The notes: generated by a model from the sequence alone, not told the origin. 64,000 nt of DNA from Alphaproteobacteria bacterium (GCA_965232515.1 CBDDPY010000002.1:3456001-3520000); one strand, 5' to 3'; numbered from the stretch's first letter, positions 10,601-20,266 are shown. Numbers and translations are program-made.

Positions 10601-10841
10601 GACACGGGCGCGGATGCCCGACGACGCGCTAAACCATCTGACCACGGCCCGCGACCTGGCGAACCGGCTGGAGATGCTGCCCGATCTGGCGCACTGCCAT
10701 CTCGCGCTGGCCGAGCACTTCACCGCGGCCGGACAGCATGCCGATGCGCAACGCGAGCTGGCCATGGCGCGCCGGCTCTACGACCGGCTGGGCATGACCC
10801 ACTGGTCGCCGCAGCTCAGCCGGATCGCAGGCGCAGACTAA
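7602..10841 (+). CDS. zinc ribbon / class III nucleotidyl cyclase / AAA ATPase / TPR protein
   Basis: CEAC..FCGQCG, ERKQLTVMF, ALFGAPVAHEDHA, Walker A GEPGIGKS, Walker B LVFEDLHW, and a helical-repeat C-terminus. Confidence 0.88.
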   Translation: MNLICEACAYANPPNHRFCGQCGAALTAAPEHRRASPVDGEADTTPSDLRRALGGERKQLTVMFVEIVDNATQGGDIDPEQTARRVEQAIGLMKTAAHRYDGTVNRVHGEGMMALFGAPVAHEDHAARACFAALDMQEALGGNALRIGLNSGPVMVRTLDTGLSASYDAMGPAVHLAARMGQLAQPGTVCATQSTVLLAQGFIDARPIGPVKVKGLSGTVDAFEVTGGARMRTPWQARARHGLANFVNRTAELDALDGALDSALSRRGRVVTLIGEPGIGKSRLVHEFTRSAAARHWTVHVCGGTPHSKTSAHLPIGALLRSWFSLEDGDSGDDAALKVRAKISALDRRLRPQLPAIYAVLGLPATDSTFLSLGPEQRRDRIVNAVSDIFLREAELHPLILVFEDLHWMDSLTRLVIDRLTAQLAMARILLLATSRPEFDDTWAGAAHYQRLQLDPLDDDAAAALLDGLIGRDADLEPLKTFLSLRGEGLPLYLEEAILALVETGALAGSHGDYRLVSEFKTTDVPARLHAILAARIDRLSFEHKQLLQTASVIGNSVPLDLLAPMSGLSDGRLKQVLADLQAGDFIHADAAAPERACAFKHALIRDVAYDSVLLDKRRDLHAELVDVIEVAHADALDAQVELLAFHAERGEKWRKAVTYLDRAASKAFERTALGESAQLAQQAIEILDRLPDDSWKAEQAIDLRLKARTALSPTGRLDLANHYLAEAETLAEAAADARRLALINISKTQVLNYEGNVEEAIAAGHRACAAAGRVGDENIRVVAEFFLSQAHFFHGDYRRTIEILTPNADLLLRAKFAPRLGTTGTGAVLCLMTLARAHAFIGEFENAFAHARSAWRAAEEVDRPFDQGLACHGWGVAALTAGQLSEAAEVLNRGLEICQTHGFRSQYPLLAGPLGYTFALQGAHAAALPLLESSVAESTQANLIFFEAWSTGLLAAAHRLAGDDDRALTRGRRALSLAEERRYEWLKVWLYRMLGRLTTTRARMPDDALNHLTTARDLANRLEMLPDLAHCHLALAEHFTAAGQHADAQRELAMARRLYDRLGMTHWSPQLSRIAGAD

Positions 10842-10878
10842 CCCGCTCAGAGACCCCGGGCGGTCCGTCAGGTTCTGA

Positions 10879-11490
10879 CTAGACGGATTGACCGGCCATG
10901 GCGCGGCCGAACGCGCCGCCGCCCGGCGGACGTTCGTTGGTGTTCCACTGGCACGGCGCGGCCATGTCGCAAGCCACCGGGATGCCCCAGATGAACGGCG
11001 CCGGCGGTCCGTAGGCGTCGCCCAACCGCGCCTTGGTCTGGAAGAACAGCTCGCCGGAATACTTCGCCCGGCCGGCCGAGCGCGAATCCTCGGGCTCGTG
11101 GTGCAGGAAGAAGCCGATCTTGTCGCTGAACGCCTGGTAATCCCGCGTGCGCAGGATGAACTGATGCCAGGCCATGTCGACCTTTGCCGCCGGCACATAG
11201 ACGTTGTATTCCCGAGTCGCCGCGATCTCCTTGTTCGCTTTCGGCGGAAACAGGATCGGCAGCGACAAAAAGCGCTTCAGCTCGCGAACAATGGTGCCGC
11301 ATTCTTCCGGCAGGATAAGTCCCATGCCGTCGGCGACCAGCGTATTCTCGACATAGGAAAGGTCATGCTCCTCGATGACCTTTAATTTCGCCGTCATGTC
11401 GTTGAAACGGCGCTTATCACCCCGCTTCGAATAGTAGCGCGATTCGAAGTCCTTCAGTAATCCGAGTGGCCCGAGTCCGAAATCCGACAT
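10879..11490 (-). CDS. glycine-rich domain-containing (GRDP-like) protein
   Basis: ELKRFL..VDMAWHQFILRTRDY..FLHHEP resembles the GRDP core. GGGGG RBS; lower GC than neighbours. Confidence 0.65.
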   Translation of the reverse strand: MSDFGLGPLGLLKDFESRYYSKRGDKRRFNDMTAKLKVIEEHDLSYVENTLVADGMGLILPEECGTIVRELKRFLSLPILFPPKANKEIAATREYNVYVPAAKVDMAWHQFILRTRDYQAFSDKIGFFLHHEPEDSRSAGRAKYSGELFFQTKARLGDAYGPPAPFIWGIPVACDMAAPCQWNTNERPPGGGAFGRAMAGQSV

Positions 11491-11586
11491 TCATATCCCC
11501 CTGATGACGTCGTAAAGGGGGTCAGTATATTCGCGCGCGTTAACCATGAATAGTACAACTCGCACGATTTGAGAAAAAACTACGCT

Positions 11587-13125
11587 TTAGGCCCGAATTC
11601 GCAACCCCTCGGGACTTGAGGCATAGCCGGTAAGCGTGCGTTCAGCGTAGGTCTGGCGCCAGGACAGCATCTTCTGAGCGTATTCCAGTACTTTCGGCGC
11701 CATGCTCGGATCGTTCGCCAGGTTGCGGAACTGGTTCGGATCGGTCGAGAGATCGAAGAACAGCGGCGGCAGCGATGCGAAGTGCACGTATTTGTACTTC
11801 TCGTCCTGAATGACGGCGAGCGCGCACTGGTCCATGTGCAGGCCGAGCGCCGATTCGGGCTTGCTGTAGAAGATATCCCGGTAGTCGAACTCGTAATGAA
11901 CTTCCGCGCGCCAGTCGGCCGGCGGCGCATCGTGGCAGAACGGCAGCAGCGAACGGCCGTCGCACTGGCGCGGGATCTCGGCGCCAAGCCAGGACAGGAT
12001 CGTCGGCATGGTGTCGATGGTTTCGGTGAAGCGGTCGACGATGGTGCCGCGCGTGCCGTCGGCCGCCTGCGCGGGATCGCGAATGATCATGGGGATGCGA
12101 TAGGACTGATCGAAATAGCCGAGCTTGCCCAGCAGATAGTGGTCGCCAAGCTGCTCGCCGTGATCGCAGGTGAAGACGATCAGGGTGTCGTCCCACTGCC
12201 CGGTCTCCTTCAGATGCGTGAAGATCCGGCCGAGCTGATCGTCGATCTCGCACATCAGGCCATAGTACGTGGCCCGCATCTGCCGCACGTCGGCCTCCGA
12301 CATGTCGCGGGCAAGGCCGACGCCGTCGCGGAAGAAACCGCTCTGCGCCACGTCGTTGAGATAGAACGACAGCAACGGATGCTGCTCGGCCTCGCCCTGC
12401 CAGTCGTCACCGCGCACCGGCGGCGGCATGTCGGCAGCGTCGTACATGGCATGGTACGGCGCCGGCGCGATGAATGGCGGATGCGGCCGGTAATAGCCGA
12501 GATGCAGCAGCCAGGGATTATCGCCGCGGGCCTTCAAATAAGTCAGCCCGCGTTCGGTGAACCAGGCCGTGTCGGACAGCTCGGCCGGAATGCGCGAATG
12601 CCGGGCGGTGGCGCCGCGCTGATCCGTCGCCTCGCCCGCCGGCAGCCAGATATCGGCGCGGTCGTCCGGCAACGCGAAACCCTTGCTGGCGACCCAGCCG
12701 AAATAGCCCTCCATGTAGGGCTCGAACGTGCCGACGGGCCGCCAGCCGTCCATCAGGTCACCGAGGACCTTGAAGCGCGGATCGTCGGCCGCAGTAATGC
12801 GCGGATCGGGCGTGGTCGTGGTGTAGCCGACCAGCGCCGCGTCGTAGCCGGCCTTGCGGGCCTCCAGCGCCAGGTTGGTATGCCGGGAATCCAGCGGGAT
12901 CGTGTTCTGCACCGCCCGGTGATTCATCATGTACATGCCGGTCAGCAGCGAGGCCCGGCCGGGGCCGCAGGGCACGGCCTGGGTGAAGTGGTTGCGAAAG
13001 GTCACCCCCTCGGCGCAGAGCATGTCGAGGTTCGGTGTTCGCAGTAGCGGGTCGCCGAGCTTCGACAGGATATCGCCGCGCCATTGGTCGACGACGATTA
13101 GCAGAACGTTCTTCCGGGCCGTCAT
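11587..13125 (-). CDS. phosphonate monoester hydrolase / phosphodiesterase (sulfatase-like alkaline phosphatase superfamily)
   Basis: NVLLIVVDQWR, formylglycine motif PCGPGRASLLTG, RPHPP and DHGEQLGDH. GGAG RBS. Confidence 0.88.
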   Translation of the reverse strand: MTARKNVLLIVVDQWRGDILSKLGDPLLRTPNLDMLCAEGVTFRNHFTQAVPCGPGRASLLTGMYMMNHRAVQNTIPLDSRHTNLALEARKAGYDAALVGYTTTTPDPRITAADDPRFKVLGDLMDGWRPVGTFEPYMEGYFGWVASKGFALPDDRADIWLPAGEATDQRGATARHSRIPAELSDTAWFTERGLTYLKARGDNPWLLHLGYYRPHPPFIAPAPYHAMYDAADMPPPVRGDDWQGEAEQHPLLSFYLNDVAQSGFFRDGVGLARDMSEADVRQMRATYYGLMCEIDDQLGRIFTHLKETGQWDDTLIVFTCDHGEQLGDHYLLGKLGYFDQSYRIPMIIRDPAQAADGTRGTIVDRFTETIDTMPTILSWLGAEIPRQCDGRSLLPFCHDAPPADWRAEVHYEFDYRDIFYSKPESALGLHMDQCALAVIQDEKYKYVHFASLPPLFFDLSTDPNQFRNLANDPSMAPKVLEYAQKMLSWRQTYAERTLTGYASSPEGLRIRA

Positions 13126-13150
13126 AGGGGTACTCCTCCAGACATCGGCG

Positions 13151-14239
13151 TCAGTTGATCCGTGTGCCGTGCTCGGCATCGAACAAGTGTATGCACGCGC
13201 GGTCAATGCGCAGCGGCAGTTGCTCGCCCGCCTGCACCCGGACGATGCCGGGCAGGCGGACCGTCAGGTCGTGGCCGGCGGCGGCGCCGTCATGCGCCAG
13301 CGCGCCGTGCACCAGCGTATCGGCGCCGAGCGGCTCGACCATGGTGGCGGTGACGTGCAGGTCGGCCTCGCCGCCGCCGCAGAGCGCGATATGCTCGGGC
13401 CGGATGCCGGCCGTGGCCGCGCCGCCGCCGGCCGCGGCGCCGTTGCCATTCAGCATCAGCTCGCCCGAGCCGTTCAGGCGCACGACGCGGCCGTCGCCGG
13501 TGACCTCGCAGGCGAGGAAGTTCATGGCCGGCGAACCGATAAAGCCGGCGACATAGGCCGAGGCCGGATATTCGTAGATGTCGAGCGGCGCGCCGACCTG
13601 CTCAGCGACGCCGGAATTCATCACGATCAGCTTGTCGGCCATGGTCATGGCTTCGACCTGATCGTGCGTGACATAGACGCTGGTCGCCTTGAGCTCGTGG
13701 TGCAGCTTCTTGATCTCGAGCCGCATCTGCACGCGCAGCTTGGCGTCGAGGTTGGAGAGCGGTTCATCGAACAGGAACACGGCCGGATCGCGCACGATGG
13801 CCCGGCCCATGGCGACGCGCTGACGCTGTCCGCCGGACAATTGCCGCGGCTTGCGGTCCATCAGGTCGCTGAGCTGCAGGATCTCGGCCGCGCGTTGCAG
13901 CCGTTCGGCGACATCGCGTTTCGACAGCCGGCGCAGGCGCAAGCCGAACGACATGTTCTGCGCCACGGTCATGTGCGGATAGAGCGCGTAGTTCTGAAAC
14001 ACCATGGCGATGTCGCGGTCCTTCGGCTCGACCTCGTTGACGATGCGGCCGTCGATGGCGATGTCGCCCGACGTGATCGCCTCGAGCCCGGCGATCATCC
14101 GCAGCAGCGTCGACTTGCCACAGCCGGACGGGCCGACGATGACCACGAACTCGCCGTCGCGGATGAAGACGCTGACGCCGTGAATGACCTCCGTATTGCC
14201 ATAGGACTTATGAACGGCGCGGATCTCGACATCGGCCAT
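13151..14239 (-). CDS. ugpC: sn-glycerol-3-phosphate ABC transporter ATPase
   Basis: [33 protein letters not shown] and a TOBE tail. Confidence 0.9.
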   Translation of the reverse strand: MADVEIRAVHKSYGNTEVIHGVSVFIRDGEFVVIVGPSGCGKSTLLRMIAGLEAITSGDIAIDGRIVNEVEPKDRDIAMVFQNYALYPHMTVAQNMSFGLRLRRLSKRDVAERLQRAAEILQLSDLMDRKPRQLSGGQRQRVAMGRAIVRDPAVFLFDEPLSNLDAKLRVQMRLEIKKLHHELKATSVYVTHDQVEAMTMADKLIVMNSGVAEQVGAPLDIYEYPASAYVAGFIGSPAMNFLACEVTGDGRVVRLNGSGELMLNGNGAAAGGGAATAGIRPEHIALCGGGEADLHVTATMVEPLGADTLVHGALAHDGAAAGHDLTVRLPGIVRVQAGEQLPLRIDRACIHLFDAEHGTRIN

Positions 14240-14253
14240 GGGCCATTCCTTTC

Positions 14254-15171
14254 CTATTTCTCGGCGTCGACCAATCCCTTGACGAACCAGCGCTGCAGCA
14301 ACAGCACGACGGCAACCGGCGGCAGCGTCGCCAGGATCGCCGTCGCCATGGTCAGGTTCCATTGCGCGTCGGCGTCCTCGGTCGGCAGCGTTCGGGCGAC
14401 GCCGATCACCACGGTGGTCATGTCGGGATCGGTCGTGATCAGAAGCGGCCAGAGGTATTGGTTCCAGCCGAAGATGAAGAGGATCACCGCCAGCGCCGCC
14501 ATGCTGGTGGTCGACATCGGCAGCAGGATGCGGAAGAAGAACCGCATCGGTCCGGCGCCGTCGATCTTGGCCGCCTCGCACAGCTCTTCCGGTACGGTCA
14601 GAAAGAACTGACGGAACAGGAAGGTCGCGGTGGCGGACGCGATCAGCGGCAGGATCAGGCCGGTATAGGAATCGAGCAGGCTCCATTCCAGATTGATGTC
14701 GATCGTGTGCCCGGCGAACCAGCCGGCGATCTGTTGGACCGCCAGCAACTCGAGGATCGCCTGGAACGGCGCGAGCGCGTTGGCCGCGACCTCGAAGGTC
14801 GGCACGATGCGCACCTCGACCGGCAGCATCAGCGTGATGAAGATCAGCCAGAACGCCGTCATCCGGAACCGGAAGCGGAAATAGGTGATGGCGAAGGCCG
14901 AGAGCAGCGAGATCGCGATCTTGCCGACGGTGACGCCGACCGCCATGACGCCGGAATTGAACAGCTGCCGGCCCAGCCCTTCCTTGTTCCAGGCGTTGGC
15001 CAGGTTCTCGAACAGATGCCCGCCGGGCAGCAGGTAGACGGCGTCGCTTTCGCTGCCGTCGGGCATGGAGGCGACGATCACGGCGTAGTAGATCGGCATG
15101 CAGACGATGATCGCGCCGGCGATCAGCGCGCCGTAGGTCAGCCGGTCGAACCAGTGCGCGCGTTCGATCAT
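14254..15171 (-). CDS. ugpE: sn-glycerol-3-phosphate ABC permease
   Basis: [34 protein letters not shown] and WNQYLWP motifs. Confidence 0.9.
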   Translation of the reverse strand: MIERAHWFDRLTYGALIAGAIIVCMPIYYAVIVASMPDGSESDAVYLLPGGHLFENLANAWNKEGLGRQLFNSGVMAVGVTVGKIAISLLSAFAITYFRFRFRMTAFWLIFITLMLPVEVRIVPTFEVAANALAPFQAILELLAVQQIAGWFAGHTIDINLEWSLLDSYTGLILPLIASATATFLFRQFFLTVPEELCEAAKIDGAGPMRFFFRILLPMSTTSMAALAVILFIFGWNQYLWPLLITTDPDMTTVVIGVARTLPTEDADAQWNLTMATAILATLPPVAVVLLLQRWFVKGLVDAEK

Positions 15172-15186
15172 GACCGGTAGCCCGCG

Positions 15187-16071
15187 TCAGGCATAGCTGA
15201 CCCGACGCTCGATGTAGCGGAACTGCAGGACGGTGAGCGCGATGACGATGAACATCAGGATCACCGACTGGGCCGACGAGGCGCCGAGGTCCTGGTTCTC
15301 GAACCCGTCGGTGTAAACCTTGAACACCAGCGTGTTGGTGGCGCCGGCGGGACCGCCGCCCGTGACGGCGTGGATGATGCCGAAGGTGTCGAAGAAGGCG
15401 TAGACGATGTTGATGACGATCAGGAAGAACGTGGTCGGCGACAACAGCGGGATCACCACGTACCAGAGCCGCTTGCCCGGCCCGGCGCCGTCGATGGCGG
15501 CGGCCTCGATCAGGCTTTTCGGGATCGCCTGCAGGCCGGCCAGAAAGAACACGAAGTTGTAGCTGATCTGCTTCCAGGCGGCGGCGACGACGACCAGCGT
15601 CATGGCATGCGCGCCGTTCAGCAGCGGATCCCAATCAACACCCATCGCGATCAGCATGCCCGCGACCGAGCCGAAGGTCGGGTGGAACAGGAAGATCCAC
15701 AGCGCGCCGGCGACGGCGGGCGCGACGGCATAGGGCCAGATCAGCGCCGACTTGAAGGCCAGCACGCCACGGATGGCCCGGTCGGCGAACACCGCCATGA
15801 CGAAACCGGAGAGCAGCGCCGCCGCCGTGGTGAGCCCGCTGAACACCAGCGTCACCAGAATCGAGTCGTAGTATTCCGGGCTGACCAGCAGGGTCTGGAA
15901 GTTCTCGAGGCCGACGAAAATCTGCGTCGCGCCGAACGGATCGCTCAGAAAGAAGCTCTGATAGACCGCCTGCCCGGCCGGCCAGAAAAAGAACACGGCG
16001 AGGATCAGCAGCTGCGGCGTCAGCAGCAGGTAGGGCAGCGACTTGTTCGAAAAAGTGACGCGCTTGATCAC
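15187..16071 (-). CDS. ugpA: sn-glycerol-3-phosphate ABC permease
   Basis: [26 protein letters not shown] and SAQSVILM motifs. Confidence 0.9.
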   Translation of the reverse strand: MIKRVTFSNKSLPYLLLTPQLLILAVFFFWPAGQAVYQSFFLSDPFGATQIFVGLENFQTLLVSPEYYDSILVTLVFSGLTTAAALLSGFVMAVFADRAIRGVLAFKSALIWPYAVAPAVAGALWIFLFHPTFGSVAGMLIAMGVDWDPLLNGAHAMTLVVVAAAWKQISYNFVFFLAGLQAIPKSLIEAAAIDGAGPGKRLWYVVIPLLSPTTFFLIVINIVYAFFDTFGIIHAVTGGGPAGATNTLVFKVYTDGFENQDLGASSAQSVILMFIVIALTVLQFRYIERRVSYA

Positions 16072-16112
16072 GTCTCGATCCCCAAGACGTCGATGGCCGG
16101 CGGAACGCCGAC

Positions 16113-16140
16113 GGCTCCGGCGGCGACCGCCGCCGGAGCC
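16113..16140 (-). other. intercistronic stem-loop after ugpB
   Basis: Inverted repeat GGCTCCGGCGGCG / CGCCGCCGGAGCC. Confidence 0.65.
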
Positions 16141-16159
16141 TCAATGCGATAGCCTCGCG

Positions 16160-17473
16160 TCAATTGCCGGCGGTGCGCTCGAACCGGCGCAGATTGGCGT
16201 TGGCCCGTTTGACCGCGTCGTTCAACGCCTGCTCGACGGGCTTCTTGCCGGCCCAGATGTTCTCGAGCTCCTCGTTCAGGATCTCGGTGTTCTGCACGCC
16301 GAAACCGAGGCGCATGCCGCGCGTGTTCACCGTCGGCACCGAACGCGACAAGGACAGGATGGCGATTTCCTGATGCGGGAACTCGTCGTAATAGCCTTCC
16401 TTCTGCGCCAGGTCGTAGGCGTCGAGCGAAATCGGTACGTAGCCCGTGTTCTTGTGCCAGTCGAGCTGCTGCTCGGGGCTGGCCAGGAAGGCGAAGAAGG
16501 CGGCCGTGCCCTTGTAAACGTCCTCGTCGTGGCCCTTCATGACCCAAAGCGCGGCGCCGCCGAGGAAGCTGTTTCTCGGATAGAAGTTATCGGCCTCGAC
16601 CGGCAGGAAGCTGGCGGCGAAGCGGAACTTGGCATTGCGCGAGATACCGCCATAGCCGGCCGAGCTCTCGAGGAAGATGGGGCATTTCTCGGCGTAGAAG
16701 GCCTCGTGCCCGCCCTGCCAGGTGCGGCCGGTATAGGTGTAGATGCCCTCGTCGACCCAGCCACGCACGCGCTTGATGTGATCGACGAAGCGGGTCTGAT
16801 TGTAGACGAACTCGGCATCGAAGCCGTCCATGCCGTTGCCGTGCGTGGCGATCGGCTGGTTCTGGATGAAGCTGTAGTTGTCGCGATGGACCCAGATCTG
16901 CCAGGCCGACGTAATGCCGCATTCGTAGCCAGCCTTGACCAGCTTGCGGCCGGCCTCGCCGAGCTCGTCCCAGGTGCGCGGCACGTTGGTGACGCCGGCC
17001 TTCTCGAAGGCGTCGACGTTGTACCAGAGGATCGGCGTCGAGGTGTTGAACGGCATCGCCGCCGGGCCGTTGGCGTCGCTGAACGCGGACAGCACCGGCC
17101 CGATGAAGCGCGACCAGTCGATGTCGTAGCCGCCGTCCTTCATCAATTGATGCACGGGATAGACGGCGCCCGAATTCATCATCGTCGCGGCGCCGCGGCC
17201 GACGACCTGCACGATCACCGGATGCTTCTTGGCCCGATAGGCCGCGACAGCGGCGTTGAGCGTTTCGTAATAGCTGCCTTTATGGACCGGGACGATCCTG
17301 TAATCGGCCTGCGAGGCGTTGAATTCCTCGGTATAGCGCACCAACGTCTGGCCCAACTTGCCGTCGGGCGAGAACGCGTGCCACCACTGAATTTCGGTCT
17401 GAGCCTGCGCCACGCCGGCACTGCCGGCCAGCACGACGGCGGCGCCAGCGGCGCCAAGAATCCATTGCCGCAT
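16160..17473 (-). CDS. ugpB: sn-glycerol-3-phosphate ABC substrate-binding protein
   Basis: Signal peptide, IQWWHA, MPFNTSTPILWYN, GGAALWV and TGYVP motifs. Confidence 0.88.
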   Translation of the reverse strand: MRQWILGAAGAAVVLAGSAGVAQAQTEIQWWHAFSPDGKLGQTLVRYTEEFNASQADYRIVPVHKGSYYETLNAAVAAYRAKKHPVIVQVVGRGAATMMNSGAVYPVHQLMKDGGYDIDWSRFIGPVLSAFSDANGPAAMPFNTSTPILWYNVDAFEKAGVTNVPRTWDELGEAGRKLVKAGYECGITSAWQIWVHRDNYSFIQNQPIATHGNGMDGFDAEFVYNQTRFVDHIKRVRGWVDEGIYTYTGRTWQGGHEAFYAEKCPIFLESSAGYGGISRNAKFRFAASFLPVEADNFYPRNSFLGGAALWVMKGHDEDVYKGTAAFFAFLASPEQQLDWHKNTGYVPISLDAYDLAQKEGYYDEFPHQEIAILSLSRSVPTVNTRGMRLGFGVQNTEILNEELENIWAGKKPVEQALNDAVKRANANLRRFERTAGN

Positions 17474-17532
17474 CTCGTTCGAGACTCCCTTAGCGAATTC
17501 GATTTCTGGAGCGGGGAGTTTCGAGCGGCGGC

Positions 17533-17594
17533 GTTACCGTGTGTTGACCGACACGTGACAGTTCAGCGCGCGCCGCATGACAACCGCGTGACGC
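17533..17594 (-). promoter_or_regulatory. PHO box array upstream of ugpB
   Basis: Minus-strand heptamers GCGTCAC, TTGTCAT, CTGTCAC, CGGTCAA and CGGTAAC in 11-bp phase (plus-strand starts 17588, 17577, 17555, 17544, 17533). Confidence 0.75.
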
Positions 17595-17725
17595 TCGCCG
17601 CGACGTAAGACATCGCTAATTTGCGATGGACGCCAAATCCCGTCACCATTGAAAAACAAACGAGCGTTTGTGCGCGGCCATGTCGGCCGTGTCGCGTAAC
17701 AGCAAAATCATTCAGGAGGGTCGTC

Positions 17726-18829
17726 ATGGAGTACGGTTTGTTCACGATGCCGTCGCATCCGCCGGAGCGGCCGTTGTACGACGGGCATCAGTTCGATCTG
17801 CAGACGTTGCGCTGGGCCGACGAGCTCGGCTTCTCGGAGGGCTGGATCGGCGAGCACCACACGGCGCCGTGGGAGCCGCACCCCTCGCCCGACCTGCTGG
17901 TGGCGCAGGCCCTGATGCAGACCAAGAACATTCGCTTAGGCCCGGGCGGGTTCCTGTTGCCGTACCATCATCCGGCCGAGCTGGCGAACCGGGTGGCGAT
18001 CCTCGATCATATCTCGCAAGGACGGCTGAACTTCGGCGTCGCGGCAAGCGGCCTGCCGAGCGACTGGGCCATGTTCAACGTCGACGGCATGTCCGGCCAG
18101 AACCGCGATATGACGCGGGAAGCGCTGGAGATCATCCTGCGCCTGTGGACAGAGGACGAGCCGTTCGATCACAAGGGTCAGTATTGGCACGTGACCAAGA
18201 CCGACGTGATGTTCGATTCACTCAAGCCGCATCTGAAGCCGTTGCAGAGCCCACATCCGCCGATCGGCGTCGCCGGCCTGAGCAAGAGCTCGGACACGCT
18301 GAAGATCGCCGGAGAGCACGGCTACATCCCGATGAGCCTGAACCTGAACCCGGCCTATGTCGGCAGCCACTGGGAAGCCGTCGAGGAAGGCGCGCGGCGC
18401 AGCGGACGCACCCCGTTTCGCGGCGACTGGCGCATGGTGCGCGAGGTCTTCGTGGCCGAGACCGACGAAGAGGCCTGGAAGCTGTCGGTCGACAGCATGA
18501 TGGGCCGGATGATGGAGGAATACTTCCTGCCGCTGTTGGCGTCGTTCGGCTTCACCGAGTTCCTGAAGCATCATCCCGACGTGCCGGATTCCGACGTGAC
18601 GCCGGCCTATTGCGCCGAGAAGAACTGGCTGATCGGCTCGCCCGATACGGTGGCCGAGAAGATCGAGAAGGTCTATCACGAGGTCGGCGGCTTCGGCATG
18701 CTGCTGGTGTTCTGCTTCGACTATGCCGACCAGCCGGAAGCCTGGCACAACTCCATGCGGCTGCTGGCCGAGGAGGTCATGCCCAAGGTCGCGCATCTGA
18801 AACCGCAGCCCGGCGCCGCCGTGGCCTGA
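17726..18829 (+). CDS. luciferase-like (LLM) flavin-dependent monooxygenase
   Basis: WIGEHHTAPWEP, LPYHHPAELA and GRLNFG motifs. AGGAGG RBS. Confidence 0.9.
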   Translation: MEYGLFTMPSHPPERPLYDGHQFDLQTLRWADELGFSEGWIGEHHTAPWEPHPSPDLLVAQALMQTKNIRLGPGGFLLPYHHPAELANRVAILDHISQGRLNFGVAASGLPSDWAMFNVDGMSGQNRDMTREALEIILRLWTEDEPFDHKGQYWHVTKTDVMFDSLKPHLKPLQSPHPPIGVAGLSKSSDTLKIAGEHGYIPMSLNLNPAYVGSHWEAVEEGARRSGRTPFRGDWRMVREVFVAETDEEAWKLSVDSMMGRMMEEYFLPLLASFGFTEFLKHHPDVPDSDVTPAYCAEKNWLIGSPDTVAEKIEKVYHEVGGFGMLLVFCFDYADQPEAWHNSMRLLAEEVMPKVAHLKPQPGAAVA

Positions 18830-19009
18830 GGCCGCGCCGCCCCGCCGGCCGGTCGGACAACCAGGTCCGGCCGGCCTGCGCCGGGATCAGCCCAGCCGTG
18901 CAAAAAACGCAATGGCGACCGGGCACCGGTCGTCATAGATGACGGTTGACGGACGGCGACGAAATCGCGCCGTCCGGCACCGACAAATTGGATGTGAGGC
19001 AGGTGTGAC

Positions 19010-19165
19010 ATGCTGATCGCGACCATGGCGGCGCGCCTGCGCCGGTGGCAGGCTTATCGGCGCGTTTACAAAGAGCTGGCGGCGCTGGATGCGCGCGAGC
19101 TGGACGATCTGGGCATTGCGCCCCGTCATCTCCGCCGCATCGCACGCGAAAGCGTCGCCGTCTGA
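19010..19165 (+). CDS. DUF1127 small protein (51 aa, not in ORF track)
   Basis: Translates as MLIATMAARLRRWQAYRRVYKELAALDARELDDLGIAPRHLRRIARESVAV. ELxxLxxxxLxDxG and an Arg-rich N-terminus are DUF1127 hallmarks. Confidence 0.85.
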   Translation: MLIATMAARLRRWQAYRRVYKELAALDARELDDLGIAPRHLRRIARESVAV

Positions 19166-19336
19166 TCGCCAGACAACCGACTAGATCAATGCGGACGGCG
19201 GCGCGACGCCATCCATTGCGCGTTTACATATCGCCATAAGGCGGGCCCCAAGACCGTCGGCACTCGCGCCAACGGCGAAAAGCCCGCCGGCCGCCGCGCT
19301 TGGCAGCGGCGGACGTGACGCGACGTGGAGGACGCC

Positions 19337-20140
19337 ATGATCTATCGAACCGCGCTGCTCGCGCTGCTGCTGGTCATCAGCGCCCCGGTCCAGGCCTTCG
19401 ATCAGCGAGACGTTGACCGGTTAACCGCGGACGGCCGCTGTCCCGGCTGCGATTTGCGGGACGCCGACCTGCGCGGATTGTCGTTGACCGGCGCCAACCT
19501 GGCGCGGGCCAATCTGCGGGACGCCGAGCTCAAGGGCGGCAACCTCAGCAACGCCAACCTGCGGGCGGCGGACCTGCGGCGCGTCGATCTGGAACAGGCC
19601 GATTTGAGCAACGCCGTCTTGAGTGGCGCCAAGCTGCAGGACGCGGACTTCGAGAAGGCCGTCCTGCGTGGGGCCGATCTCAGCGGCAGCGATCTGCGCG
19701 AGGCCGACCTCGAGAAGGCCGACCTGAGCAAAGCCAACTTACGCGACAGCGACATGCGCGAGGCCGATCTGAAGCGGGCGACGCTGGCCGGCGCCAACCT
19801 GGCGAACGCCGATCTGCGCCGGAGCAACCTGGAGCGGGCCGTTCTGGAGACCGCCGACCTGCGCGAGGCTCGCCTGGCCGACACCGACCTGCATCGGGCC
19901 GTGCTGGCTGGCGCGGTGCTGGACGACGCCGATCTGACGCGGGCCGATCTAGAACGCGCCAATCTCGACGGCGCCAGCCTGCAGCGGACCGATCTGGGCG
20001 ACGCCAAGCTGCGTAAGGCCACTTTGCGCGCCGCCGACCTGTCGCAAGCCCGCGGCCTGACCCAGCGGCAACTGGACGCGGCCTGCGGAGACGCGACGAC
20101 CCGGCTGCCGGAGGGGTTGTCCGTTGAGCCTTGCGGATAG
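19337..20140 (+). CDS. secreted pentapeptide repeat protein
   Basis: Signal peptide, CPGCDL, many A(D/N)Lxx repeats and C-terminal ACGD. Confidence 0.92.
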   Translation: MIYRTALLALLLVISAPVQAFDQRDVDRLTADGRCPGCDLRDADLRGLSLTGANLARANLRDAELKGGNLSNANLRAADLRRVDLEQADLSNAVLSGAKLQDADFEKAVLRGADLSGSDLREADLEKADLSKANLRDSDMREADLKRATLAGANLANADLRRSNLERAVLETADLREARLADTDLHRAVLAGAVLDDADLTRADLERANLDGASLQRTDLGDAKLRKATLRAADLSQARGLTQRQLDAACGDATTRLPEGLSVEPCG

Positions 20141-20222
20141 ATCGCTTTCTGCCCACGGTAGGAGCTCGCATCCGCCCCCCGCCCAATCCTTTCGCGCCGT
20201 TCAATTCGTTCACCCCCGATCC

Positions 20223-20266
20223 AAAGAAAAAGGGCCGGCCCGGCGTTTGACTGCCGAACCGGCCCG
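20223..20266 (-). terminator. intrinsic terminator of the OmpA-Sel1 gene
   Basis: GC stem GGGCCGG..CCGGCCC preceded by AAAGAAAAA on the plus strand. Confidence 0.6.

Noticed and set aside
14240-15634. 827-aa ORF suggesting a fusion upstream of ugpC
   Set aside because: The extension is an Arg/Gly-rich off-frame read-through of ugpE/ugpA. The real start is 14239.
19440-20050. 15-bp periodic DNA repeats
   Set aside because: Fully explained by pentapeptide repeat coding.
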